Shown here piece by piece: positions 24,310-38,100 of a stretch of 64,000 nucleotides of DNA. The notes beneath the pieces were generated by a model. It was not told the origin of the DNA. It ran no database searches and saw only the letters and a list, made by a program, of their open reading frames with translations. Both the position numbers and the translations under genes were made by a program. Numbering within the stretch: position 1 is the stretch's first letter; the number at the start of each line of letters is the position of its first letter. The stretch covers positions 1,116,001-1,180,000 of the forward strand of contig OZ234493.1 in assembly GCA_965153455.1 (NCBI GenBank). The letters are read 5' to 3'. The stretch is from Sphagnum compactum (lineage: Eukaryota).

Positions 24310-26741
24310 GGCGAGCTAACTATACTTAATGGATTCATAATGAATTTTTGAAATTAAACAATATCCTAAAAAAATCTTAAAAAGTGACATGTGAACTCAA
24401 AATATATATGAACTTATAATGTCATTTTTTATTTATTTAAAAATGATGGAATCAGATTTTATTTTATTTTAAAAGATGCATTTATATTTTCCTTATAGAA
24501 AAAAAAAATTCTGATTTTTTAAGTTGAATATTGCATTATCAAGTCTTATTAATCCATTTTTCATTCAAATTTCATGATTTTACATGCATTTTTTACTATT
24601 TATATGTTTAGCCATGTACACATTTGAATTACCCATATTTTTTTAATGGAAGCATAGGATACATATGAATGCATAAATTGTTAATTATCATACTGTAAAA
24701 TAATTAGCTAGTGTTAAAAATGGACTTTCATGAAGTCAAAATGAATGACCTAACCATGTTTTTACCCACATCCAATGCCCTTGTTGACCACAATAATTGC
24801 AAGGGCTTCATCTTTTATTGTAAATGTTACCCTCATCATTGTTTTTAACAAAATGTTTGATTTTTACCCAAAAATTTTATTCCTAATGTTTGGGACCATA
24901 GTGCAAAACTCAACAATTCACAAGTAAGTCTTCCCACAAGTTCATCAAAGGTCAAATACATCTTTCTTGGACAAATAAATTTAAGAAAAACATCATACCT
25001 ATTGAGGAGAGATTGAGAATGATTCAAGTCAAATTCCCCTTGTTTATCATGACACATATGGTTGCTAACCAATATGATTTTGACTTTTTTTCAAATGTAC
25101 TTCAACATATGAAACTTCATCCATATGGAGCAATGTTTTTTGTTTTGGCTAAATTTTGCAACCTAGCGACAAAACAAAAAAGGGCTAACAAATCCAACAA
25201 AGGGGTTTTTGAGAATTCTTTCTTTAATTCACCATATCTTGACCAAAAAAACTTAGAAGTCGCCATATTTAGACAACGTGTTCCTATAGGTTGCCAAAAC
25301 TAAGTAGGATACCCAAAAAAATCTACTAGTCCATCAGGACAATCACCATTTACTACTAATTGATGTTGAGGATCCTAACCAATGCACCTACTTGAGGAAT
25401 TTGGAAAAAAAAACACTGATATGGAGCTAGATAACTTATTAAGGAAATACATTTTTTTAGTTAGATCTTTAATTTCATATATTTCATAGAAATTCTCATA
25501 TGTATGCAATGATGAGAAACAAAATTCTCGCAGATGCAATGAGGATTGACATAGTCCTTTCTTATTTGTAAACTAGATCGAGATTAGCTAAAACTCTAAA
25601 TTGATTAAATATTAAAAGTTCAACAATTGCAATAGTGGTCATATTGTTAATGCATTTGATTCATTATTAGTGAATGTTGAAAGTTGTTTGAAAACATTTA
25701 GTGACACTAACATATCCCATTCTCATTTTCTCTCTTTGATGTTTCACTTTAACTTTCCAGCATAATAGTTTGTTGATCCTTTTAACTTGTTAAATACCAA
25801 AAACACTTCATGTTTCACACTAACTTTCCAACACATTGATTTGTTGATCTTTCTAACTTGTAGATTCTAAATACATATTGTTTAACAAGTTTGACATTTT
25901 GAGTTGACTTGATGATAATGATGTACTGTGCACTTCGTTAACTCTATGTTTTTAAAGTTAAACTCACAAATATTATATCTAAATTTAATCAAATTGAAGC
26001 CCAAACAAACCCATATATGTGTGTGTGTGTGATTTTACTCACTACATCTTGTGACAAATGGAATTTGTGTTCACATATATTTCTATTGAACCATTTGGAC
26101 TACAGCGTGGAACTTTTTCACATTTATTAGTATTGAACCATGCATTCTTAAACCTAGATTTTTTATCCTATCATGTAGAAAAGTTTGAATGTGAATTGAA
26201 TTATAAAAATAAGTAAATTTTAAAACATGTGATGATGATAATGAGTCATTAAACCAATTATAAATTATGTTTTGTTCCTATTAGTGGTGACTAATAATTT
26301 TTATTACTGAATTTTATATGTGATTAGTGTTAATTAAATAAAACAAATTTTGTATAATCTGTAAATTGAAATCAAAGTAAGGAAAATGCAAAAGACATGG
26401 GCAAGATTCCTAGCACGTTCCTTCAAGGGAAGTGCATGGATAATGCAAGAAGAAACTTTAGCAAGACTTCCTCGGTGTGCTATCACTTTGGGAGTTGGAA
26501 ATCATAAGGTGTTTTGACTATATGGATCAAGATTTGAAAGGACAAACCTTGTCAACATTGAGTCATTTTTAGCTTGTTGAAAACATTTCCAAAAGTATTA
26601 TAATTAAAGAGGGTTTCCTTTGCAAAAGAAGTATGGGTTTTGGAATATTTGTGAATCATAACTTGGAGAAAATTAAAAGTTTTAATTCACAACTTTCACA
26701 GTTTTGGCATTTTGATGAAGCCCCCATAGGAAGTTACATGA

Positions 26742-27178
26742 TCTATTTATGAAGGAAGGTAGTTTGCTTTGTTTTGTAGTTATGAGATCCACCAAATTGG
26801 GATCCTTCATATCATGTTTTTGGTGTCTTTGAAAAGCTCTCAATGATGAAGGGTGCACGGGCTTGGTTCCATGACATTTAGACTTGCGGTGTAAAAGTTC
26901 TTGAATATTGAATGATTTTTTCACTAAAAATTAAATTAAATTGTAGTTAAATTTTTCAAAAGAGTTAGAATGTGCCTTTGGTGTTGTTGGAAAGATCTTG
27001 ATGAGCAAGATTTAATGGAATTTATTTGGTAAGATTTAGAATCAGAATGTGGGAGATGTGGATTTTAAAGTGATTTATGCCATTGAAAATTCAAATAAAT
27101 TCCAAAAAACTAGGGTTTGGAACGAAAAATCAGTTGAGGATATGGTAACACTTGGTCCAACAGCACATGCCACATTAG
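26742..27178 (+). mobile_element. Non-autonomous Helitron-like element, family 1 (short copy)
   Basis: A|TCTATTTATGAAGGAAGG ... GCCACATTAG|T. Collinear with 10757-10870 plus 11750-12086. Confidence 0.65.
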
Positions 27179-30156
27179 TATATATTATACGGAAGAAAAT
27201 GATGATTCCTTAATCTAGGATGTGATGAGTCTTATAAATCCATGTTCATTAATGGCTCATATGTACACCCCACAGGCCTTCACCATTTTCTTTTTTTGGT
27301 TTGTGCAATTTGATATGATTGAAAGTTTAGTTTGAAGAGCTTGTTTTAATCCTATCTTGGAGCTTTCACACAACCTTATTGTCTTAAAGCATAGAGTAAA
27401 GGAGTGTGCCCAAGGTCTAAAAATATTTGGCAACACATTATATGAAAAATTTACTTTGATAATGTGTGGCAAACCAACAAGGGAACATCGCATGAACTAT
27501 GTTTGAATTCAAATATGGTGTTGTGTTTAGTTTTATTGTGAAAACTATGGAATCATGAAGATTATGGTTTAGAAATGGACAACTACCAAATTTCAAATCT
27601 ATTTAGTTCTTGGTATCATGGATTCTTGTTCATTTTAACAATGCAACCTTAATTTAAAACTTCCATAAGCTTCACAATATGACTGATAATAACACACTTG
27701 TTTTAAACAAACAAGAGTTCATGAAAATAAAAGCCTTGTATAAGCACATATCACTAGTGAATAAAACTAAAATGAGTTAAATTTTGGCAATCATTATTGA
27801 AAACCCCAATTTTCAACCTTCAAAAGAAAATTGATCAAAATATGAAATATAATTTTTTTGACATTTATAATTTTTTTCAATATTACAAATATATCTTTAT
27901 TAACATTCTTCGAATCAACAAATCAATTTCTTGACACACATATACATGTTATAACATGGTAGCAATTGGTATTTAACCAATGTGTAAAAATGATTGTTTA
28001 ATTAATAAAAGTGATCACTTTATGCAAATTATGGAAACATTATTTAACAAATAATAAATGAACATAATGGTCTAGTTAATAACAATGATATATTTACATA
28101 GTTTATGGTGAATCAAACTCACAAAACACACCACAACTCAAACTTGAAAAACCATCACTTCTTTTTGTATTATATACTTTACGATTGGCAGTAAAGGCTA
28201 CATCAAAATGACAAAAAATCCTAGGGCTCCTAGAAAATAGTTTAAGTTTTTTCAATTTTTGCCAAATGTATGAATCCCACAATTTTATAATGTCATATTT
28301 CCTACATACAAGTTTGATTCAATAATGTTTTAAAAAATGTTATAGCCCTTGAAAAACCTTTCTAATGCCATATCACATGTTCAATTCAAAGATCATTTTA
28401 TTGGCCTAACTTTTTAAAGCAAGGATATTGTGTTGAAAATCACTATAAAATATATCATAGTATTTTAACCATTTTGGCATAAATAATTCTTTTTGTTTTG
28501 CCGAAATTTTGAAAATTTATTTATTATTTGTGCCAAATTTTTGTAAAATAAAAGTTCAACTACCAGGTTTTGAACTGCAAACCTTCTATGATAATGACTT
28601 AAAATTGAAGCAATGTAAACAAACTAAACTATTCCATAACATTGAGAAGACTCTATTTATTATTTTGTATAACCATTACATGTTGAAATTTTCATAATTA
28701 AAAACCAAATGTTGAAGTTAAGATTTCAAATTTAATCAATTATTCAACAATTTGTTGTTGAAATGGTAGACGTGCTATGGTAATAGCTTCAAGGGATTTT
28801 GCCCTCTAGCAACTAGGTGAGATGATTAATCATTATTTGGATATAAAAATATTCATATTAATCTTTTGACATTTTGTTTTCTTTGCCACCCCCTCAAATG
28901 TGCACTTAGCCCCAAGTGACTAAACCCACAAAATTAAAGATGAAACTATTTTCTCCAAAAATGGTTATGGCACCCATCATACGCAAAAATTCATGTAATT
29001 ATTTCGAAATGTGACAATGTGATTGAAAACATTTAAATACGCATGTCAATATGATTTTTTGTATTTTTTTTTGTTTGAAAATTTTCAAAATGTGAAAAAT
29101 AAATATGAAAAGAAAATATTTTATCTTCTTTTTTGGGAGAAAAAAATCATTAGATTTGCAAAAAAATTGGAATCATGTTGCAACATTTTCTATTGGTTTG
29201 GTTTAGTTTTTAAAAATTAAATGTTTAGATAGGTTCTTAGAACATGTCATCATTGAATGTGAGATCCCTTTTGGCATTTTCATAACTAATGTGATGTTTA
29301 AAAATGAAAAATAATTCATGACAATTTTGTTTTACAACAACATGATATGACAATGTACATTAAAATAGATTGATTATTTATTTTTCCCCTAGTTATGACC
29401 AATTTATCATACAATATCAATTGTTGATGTTAAATTAATGGCAAGGCCATTTTGTATAACACACCTTGTTTTTCTTAGGATTTTAATGATTAGGGTCAAA
29501 TTATTTAAACCATAATTCATAGCTAACAACTCCAAATGGGGAATGAAAGCTCATTTTCAATATTTACACTTCAAGATATTTTCAATGATATATTAAGGGT
29601 TTTAATATGAACCATGTTTATTATTTACACTTTTGTTGCAAAAAATTGGGATTCTCTTAACATTATAATGTTAAATTTTATATTGAATTTTTTCATAAAT
29701 GTAAATATTCAAATAATAAAATTTGTCAAAAATAACTAGGTATGGGTTGTTTTACATTAAACAAGCAATGGTTACAACTTTTTAAAAATTTCTTTTTGGG
29801 TGTTTTTATTCATTAGATCAATTTCAAATTTTCAAAATATGTATATCAATATATTGAAAATAATATTATCTTAAAATAATCTCACTCACAGTTTTTTTCC
29901 CCCCTAAAATTTTAAATACACAAATTAAACAATGGTTTCAACTCTTTCAATACATGTTTGCAAACCCAGAGGGGACATTAGTTTTAAAAAAGTAAAAAAT
30001 ACATGAATAAAAATATAAGATGCAATATATTGATTTTTGAGTAAAAGTTGTAAATTAATTAGTTAAAAAGGTTCCTTTTATTCAAAAAATCAATTTAATT
30101 ATAATATAAAAACGTGTGATAATATGAAATGATGGATTATAATCAATATAAAGTGA

Positions 30157-30196
<40 letters not shown>

Positions 30197-30614
30197 GATA
30201 AAAAACTTGTTGGTAAAACATATGGGATAAAAATAAAATTTCAAATTGTTCACATTTTTCCTATTGTTCACCTCAATGTTTTATTTAGTGCAAAATCAAA
30301 ATGCAAAAAAATAAAAAGGGAATAATTTTGTAACAAAATTTTCATTTTTTTTAAATTGTCAAATTTCAAGAAATCTTGTTTTGGGAAAATTTTCACCACA
30401 TTTGGACTTTGCTTTTTTTTTTAAGTTAGCTAGAAAAAAATTAACTAGTTTTTTTTTATAAAAATTGTTTAGATGGTTTCCAAAAATCTATAAGGTTTAG
30501 GGACTAGGGTTTAGACCTTAAATATTTTTGGCTTGTACTTGTGTTTCCATAACTGATTTAGCCAAAATTTTGTTATTAAGAAAATAAAAAAAGAAAATAA
30601 TTTAAACACCCTTT

Positions 30615-31330
30615 TTCTGGCTACTTGCTTGAACCATGTATAGAAGTATGGTGATTTCTAAAGATTTTTTGCAATTTTTTTTTTTTTCCCAAATTCTAGC
30701 ATTTTTTTTTTTTTCCCAAAAACAATTGACCCAGAAATTTCCCAATTTTTGCACCCAAAAAAAGGGCTGGACTCTAGGACTCCTCAAAGGCTGCCAAGGT
30801 ACTACTACTACCATGGTAGCCAGGTCTACCCTAGTAGGGTTAGGAGGTTTTAGCCAAATTTGGTATTGAACAAAAAGCATGAAATGAAAAAAAATTAAAA
30901 AAATCCTTTGTTTTCCAGCTACCTACTTGAATTAGATATTGAAATATGGCGGTTTTGGAATATATATTTTGAATTTTTTTGGAATTTGGCGATTCATTTT
31001 TTAGGGGAAATTTTAATACCCCCCCTTTTGGCTAACAACTCAAACCACGTGTAGAAATATGGCGATTTAAAAATTGCAATATATAAATATTTTTGGATTC
31101 TGACGGTTTTCTTTTTAAAAATCATGGAATTTGTGACCCCAAAAATTTCGCACCCAAAAAAAGAGGCAAGACGCCTCAAAGCTGCCAAAGTAGTATTTAC
31201 TACTACTACAGTCTACTACGGTAGCCAAGTCTACCCTAGTACAGTTAGGTTTTAGCCAAATTTGGGCTATTAAGAAAAACATGAAATGAAGAAAAAAAAA
31301 TCATTTTTGGGCTACCTACTCGAACCATTT
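30615..31330. repeat. Degenerate ~400-bp tandem duplication upstream of the PIAL gene
   Basis: The block GCTGCCAA..TACTACTAC..GGTAGCCA.GTCTACCCTAGTA..TTTAGCCAAATTTGG..CATGAAATGAA occurs at ~30790-30890 and ~31180-31290. Confidence 0.7.
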
Positions 31331-31364
31331 AATTCCATAGGGCGATTTTAAAAGATTGTTTGCA

Positions 31365-31395
<31 letters not shown>

Positions 31396-31692
31396 TTGCG
31401 AATTTTTTAATTGTCGAATTTGTGAGCCTATTGAAAATTTAGAACTTTTTTTGCAATATTTATTTTGAAATTATGGCTATTATAAACGATCAAATTTGTG
31501 ACCCGAAAAATTCCGAAATTTCGCACCCCATTTTTTTTTGGGACCAGCAGTTTTTTTTTTGTGGCAAATTTTATTTCAAAACAAATGGCGATTAATTTTT
31601 TTGTGGCGAATTTTATTTCAAAACAAATGGTATGTCGATTAAGGTTAGGTTTGGGCTTCTTTCCGTTCCTTCTGGTTTCAATCTTTCTCTCT

Positions 31693-31723
<31 letters not shown>

Positions 31724-32176
31724 TCTGTGTCCGTGTGTGTGTCTCTCTCGTCTCTTTCCTTGACCTTCCGCCCAAATTTGAAGCAGTTTTATTTGTTATT
31801 TTTCTAGTGATGTTCAGAACCTTTTTTCTTTTTTTTCTGATGATGCCGAAGAATGTTTTACTACTGCTCAATTGAAAGCAAATTAAGCTTTTTCTCACTG
31901 ATGCAGCAGCACTACTGTGAAAAAGTTGGCCCAAGAAGAGTAGGAGGAGGAGGAGGAGGAGGAGAATATGCAATAATCTTCCGGAAGATTGGAAATGGAG
32001 AATTATGTCTCTCTCTTTTCTTGTGTCCTGACCCCTTGTCTCGTGACAAGCATCTTTTTTTAATTTCTGAAGAGTGTTCTTGATCACCTTGCTTCTTTTG
32101 TTTAGAGACTGGTTTTTTTTTCCCCGAGGAGCTGAAACGTCTCAGTTGCTAGCCGAAAAATTAAAAAGGAACAACT

Positions 32177-35100
32177 ATGAGGCAGAACAATAGGACTCGG
32201 ATGAAGAGCAGCAGCACAGGGCTTTGGAGCGAGGCGGCCTTGCGGAAACAGGTGATTGCGATCCAAAATGAGGTGACGGCGGCAGGCGCTCCTCCAAATG
32301 TGAAGGATCTTTGCATTCAGTTCATCTTACTCTCCAAGTAAGACTGCTGCTCCTGTGATCCCCTTATCTTTCTTTCTTTCTTGATGGATACCCACTTGGC
32401 CAAAAAGAAGTTCATGCTGCAGACGGCACATATATTCTATTCATTCATTTATTTCCTCGGGGCAGCAAACAGTCAGGAGATTACCATAAGAAGAGAGCGG
32501 AACTAAACAAAGAAGGTCCTCATGGGGAAGCAAAAAGGTTCAGAATGAAGAGTTACACTTGTTTGTTTGTTTGTTTGTTTGTTGTGTGTTTTTGCAGAAT
32601 GTTGGACTCTTTAGTAGCTTACAACATGAAGCCACCCTGGAGGCAAGAGATAGTCCCAGTTATTAAGCTGGTTGGTCAACTCTCCACGCAACATCTTGCC
32701 TTTGTTGAGTTTGCTCTTTGTATTCAACTTTCTTGGCCCTCAAATCTCTTTCTGAAACAAATAATGCTAAAGCAAATAATGCCAGATCTGCTGTCTAATA
32801 ACAACTACATCATGGAAAGATCAAGAAATTGTTTGTACATCATTTAGGGTTTTCCTGAAAATGGCATGATCATGGCTCGGTTCACGATGTGTATGTTGAA
32901 CTGAGAGCGTCATCTTGTTCTTTCACTAGGTTTTTGAACCTTGGTTTACTCAGTCTTCTCTTGAGGAATCCTTGGCAATGTGTATTACCAACTTTCAGCT
33001 GTTTGAGATTTATTCAGTAATGAAATTTTTTTTGGAGTTGATGAGGAAATTATTCTTGACAGAATAAATTTGTGATATCTCTTTGTGGTGACCCTTTTTG
33101 TGGTGGCAGCTTTGTAAATTCAAGGACAGTACAGAGGCCCGACCCTCACTGTTGGTGTTGCTCTTATCAGTGAAGGTATGCATCATGTATGATGCTCTCT
33201 TGTTATTTGCATTGCTGTCTGGTTTGAAGGAGATGGTTTTACTGAAGAGGGAGCTTAATTTGGCCCTACACTTTCTGTTCCAAATTTCTCTTTCCTGTGT
33301 CTCTATGACTATTATTGCTAGATGACGATAACATTTTAGGGTTTTGAGGAATGCAAGCAAACCAGTGTTGGCAATCATATGTGCTTGATGTGGGCTTAGA
33401 GCACATTGAGAACATATTATTTGAAAGCCACATCCTTCTGGAAAATACACAAATTTATCATTAGACATGATAGCATCTCTTGGAGGTGCAAAACTCCACT
33501 AGATTTTTGAATAGAACCTGAGAGTTTGCAACATGTATGGCATGCCTCAAGGCATCTGAAGAAGTGACACTGGAAGGGCAGGAATTGATCAGGGAGGATC
33601 TCAGTTGAGTACGTATTATAAGGGACACTGGTAAAAAGGAAATTAATAACTTCTCTAACAAGTTAAACTGCTTTTTCTGTGAGGGAAAAAATCTTCGCCT
33701 ATGATGTGGTCACTTTCTGCTTCATTCAACCATTTTGAAATTACCCTGTCCAGAGCACATGATGTAGAAAAGGCGGCAAAAAGATGGATGCAATAAAGTA
33801 GAGATATGAGATATTGCTAATGGTGTGGCCCACCTTTAATCAGGGGACAACACCATGGTGGCTATAGTTGACTATTTTTGGCAGGACCAGGTTTGAGTGG
33901 GCCTTCCATAATGAAGTTCATTCAGAAGCCTTTTGTGGGTTCTAGTGGTTTTCCAATTTCCATCTCTGTTTTTTCTGGGCTAGTTCTGCCTATGAGTTGA
34001 TCACATTTCCTTTCCATTTTTTGACATGGCTACTTTCTGTGAGGGATGGACAGGGTGCCTGTCAGTCAGGATGGTTGCAGCTTACTGGTACAGAGGACAT
34101 TTTTGCTACATTGAAACTGGTGAGTTTTCTGAGTTTTCTTTTGCTTATTCCAGTCCACACCGTCCCTGATTGAGAGGTGATTCATTCCAGAAGAATCCAT
34201 CACCTGATTCTGAACTGTTACATTACATGTATTCAGCATACAAGTATGGGGATAATTTACAACAGACTCTTCAGTAAATCTAACATAATATGAGTGTCTG
34301 ATAAACTTCTCCCTGTTTTGTGAAGCTCTTTGAGTACTTCACAATGAACAGTGATAGTAGTATGGCTCAATTAATGGTGGCACCTTCGGGCTCTGGAGGA
34401 TTAGCAGCCATTGACACCAGGGATGCTGCTGAGTATTTCTCTTCAACCAGCCTCAGGTGTGCATATATATCTATATATGTGACAGAATTACAATTGTGAA
34501 GTTTGATCTAAAATATTGGATGTATTGATTGCATTAGTTTGTACCAAATTTGTCACCCACACATCAATGTATTTCTGCATGCAGCCTATAAATTCAGGTC
34601 AGGAGAAGCTGTGGATATAGACATTCTTGTTTGATGAGGAATAAGGCATTCTGATTGTGATAATAGTGTGCATTTCTCTGGATCAACATGAACTCTTGTG
34701 CAGGTATTATCCACAATTAAAAATCAAGACCATATTTGTTGCCCTGCAAGCTAAGGTATGATTCAACAATTTTAGGTTGGGAAGGCAATACTTCTCGTTC
34801 ATTACATTTGTTCAACTTCCCAGTATGGTGACTGTGTAGCTGTTTCTTTTGTTTAGTTATTTCCATCTGTGGACTTGCTCTAAGAGGTGGATTTAGGTTT
34901 CTTTGTTGAGTAGAGGTTTATGTTTATGTTCACTAATCATGGGCCTGTAGTCTTAGCAAGTATTGAGGCTTATCACTAAGGCTCTTTTTCCAAATCCAGC
35001 TGTATTTGGGTTGTAATATGTCTTGGGCTGTGATGTCTGCTTGTCCCTAGTGCTCAAGGTCACATTTTGTTAGGCTCAGTGTTGTAGGACGCAGTATGTG

Positions 35101-38100
35101 AATTGGCTGTATCCCATTGACACACAGTTCTCAGTCAGTTATGAACTTTGGCATGTTAGCATGCATCACATGTTGCTGTTGAAAGTCAATGCACATGTGT
35201 GTGACTGTCCCTATAGTTCAAACCAGTCCAGTTGAAATTGGGCATGATATCAAGCCTCTCATGTTGCTGTCTAAGGTCACTGGATATGCATGTAACTGTC
35301 TCCATTGTTCAAACCACTCCTCAGTTTTTCCTGTGTTTCTAGGGCTGGAGTCTCTTCTTTTTCATGTTTTGTTTTAGGGGATTATATACTTCATCTCCTT
35401 TTTGTATGGTCTTTTCTCAATTCTATTCAGGTTGATGGTTTTTGTAAGTATGGGGAAATTCTCAAAACTTATTAAGATAGGTTATCATATCTCACACATC
35501 CAAGCATGTGCAAGTTGTTGGAAGTGGAGTTCATCTTCACATACACTCACAGTTTCCTTTGTATGCAGGCAGGTTATGAGGTTTTGGTGTGTGATTTTCA
35601 TGTTCCACCTTTCACTGGTCCAGAATCTGTGGTATGAAATCATTTGTCCTTTGTGTGAAGTGGGTAAATTTAGTCAACCCTTTTCATTGATCATGACCAA
35701 CTTCATATATGAGACTGCCTGAATACATATAAGATGCCTAGTGTTGCATTCTTGAGTAAACTCCCAGGTAGCGTGTTTGCTTTTACTCTGCATCCTTTGA
35801 GGGTCAAGATATAATGGTTCCATGTACTTTTGCAGGTGAGTGTTGTAAATGACAGATCACTTTGCAAAGGTTCTCTACACATAAGAAACATATCATGATG
35901 CAGAAAAACATATTGGGTTGTTTTTGCAGCGGTTATATGTAGGTCGGAAAGATATTGTCAACAGCTCTGCATGCCTTATCACTCCACCACAAGTAAAGTA
36001 AGGCTACATTCTCTACTCAATTGCAGGTTCTTGGGTCCAGGTTGTCCAACAAATTTTTCCCACCTTTGCCATGGAGGAAACAATAGGAGCATTATGATGT
36101 TGTAAACGAACAATGTCTAAAACCCACTATGTGGTAATACCTCTAGTTGCTTGCCTTGGTGAATTGCCATGTCAGGATTGAGGCCTTGAGAATTGAGAGG
36201 ACTTCCTCTGTGTATGTGTCCTCCGTGCCCTGCAACTCATCGTAGGAGTTCTGAAGTGCTTTTTATCACCCCTGCAGCTTCTTGGTGAATGGCAAGGAAG
36301 TGGACAGGAGAGTAACTGTGGGATTCCTGGTAAGGAGGCTGTGCTCAAATTGAGTTTGGATAGCTCCCATCATTTTTTGGCAAACTTTTGTCTGGAACAG
36401 CCAGGTTCAAGAGTCAGGTCAGTTATGGTTGGGCACATTTTTCATGGGGCTGTGTGGCATGGGAGGCAGGATGGGGGACCACAATTGCCTACAGATGTGA
36501 CAATGCTGGTAAAGGCAGGATCCAACGTACTACAAGTTATAGGTGAATTTCCTGGTGAGTTCAGCATGTAAGCTTTTGCTTGCATTTCTGTTCCACAGGT
36601 TATAATTGTCTGGTGCATATGGGATTCAGAAAGCACTTCAGCTTTCACTGGTTGTTTTTCCTTCCATTTCCTTTTTGCTTCTTGCATCCAGGCATGAGGT
36701 GGGAGCTGTGTCAGTGATCCACTCAATCCAGCAATTTCAAGTGTGGGGAGACATTATGGACATTCTTGCATGCTTTTGTCAAGCTATTGGGAGTAAACAG
36801 GGAATCATTTTGTTTGAATGCAGGCCCCTATAGCATTGCAGTTGCATCAACAATCAGGACTGCTCTTTCTACAGCAAATACTCAGTTGCAAGATTATGTT
36901 CTTCCTTCAGCAAAGACTGCAGGATTGGGGGAGATGGTGGAGGCAGATGATGAAGTGGTTGAGGGTGCTTCAAGAGTCTCTCTTCGTTGTCCAGTCAGGT
37001 ATTTCTCAGTCTGAACTTCACTAATCTGGAGTAGGGATTTACTTTTTTGTGGGCCTCTTTGGTCCCAATGGGGTACAACCTGAGACCATTGTGCTGAGTC
37101 ATAAGACACCATGGGCCAGTTGCTCTAAATCTGTCAGTCTGTTGGTTTCTTGCAATGTGAAATAGCCAAACGTCTACTCCAGAGCTTAACATTTGTCATT
37201 AGGCACTCTTTTGATTCTTGGTTAGTCTGGTGCAGAACATAGTTCTCCTGTCAACCCTTTCTTTTTTAGGTGTTGCCTTAGTTAATATTTCCACAGTGGA
37301 CTGGCAATTTACCTGGACCTGGTTGTTTTCCACTGGCTACTGCATGTCATTTACAGTTCAAGAGGGTAGGGTTCAAGTACAAGGGTTTTTAAGAAAGTTA
37401 TGTGTCAGGGTTTCTGAAAAACACATATGTTCTGAGCGTGTGTTAAGAGGCAGGCATTTTCTGTGTACAATTTATTGCATTTTTAGCAAAAACAGCCTGC
37501 TAGATGTGTAAAGTATCCAATCAACCCCAACATTTTGCTGACAGCCTTTGGCAAAACTTGCTTTACTGTTTGGCACTGCAGTCATCAACGCCTGGTGACT
37601 CCTGTCAAGGCAGCAACCTGCAGGCATCTACAGGTACTTTTAATTGTCTTCCCTTTTACAGCCTCCACATATCTTGGTGTTTTGTGTATTTCACTACTCT
37701 CTATGTAGGCCTCTCTATGCCTTAGGCTTGCTTGCTTGTACAAGGACTAGATAAACCAAAATGAAGCTTACTGTCACCAGCTTGTTGTAGCTTGAATAAG
37801 GATACTGTTAATGTTTCTTTTTAGCTATGTCTCTACAGCGGTAGCTGAGTTTTCCTGTACTCTTATCTAAACTCACTGTTGGGAGCTGATGAAGTCAGTG
37901 GGGAGTCATGGCAACTGGTTACCAATGATGCTGGTGACAGTCTGACACTTTATGAGCAACTCTCATAAGGTTATGATTGGACTCATCATTGAGTTACCTT
38001 TCAAAATATTGTTGTGGAGTTTTCTCCACGTTCTCTTAGATTGTCACATAGGTCTCTTGCAGGATTGAAACAAGTCCCGAACAGGAAAGGAGAAAAAAGT

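Noticed and set aside
31428-32087. 219-aa minus-strand ORF and overlapping ORFs
   Set aside because: Low-complexity sequence from homopolymers and CT/GGA microsatellites in the PIAL upstream region.
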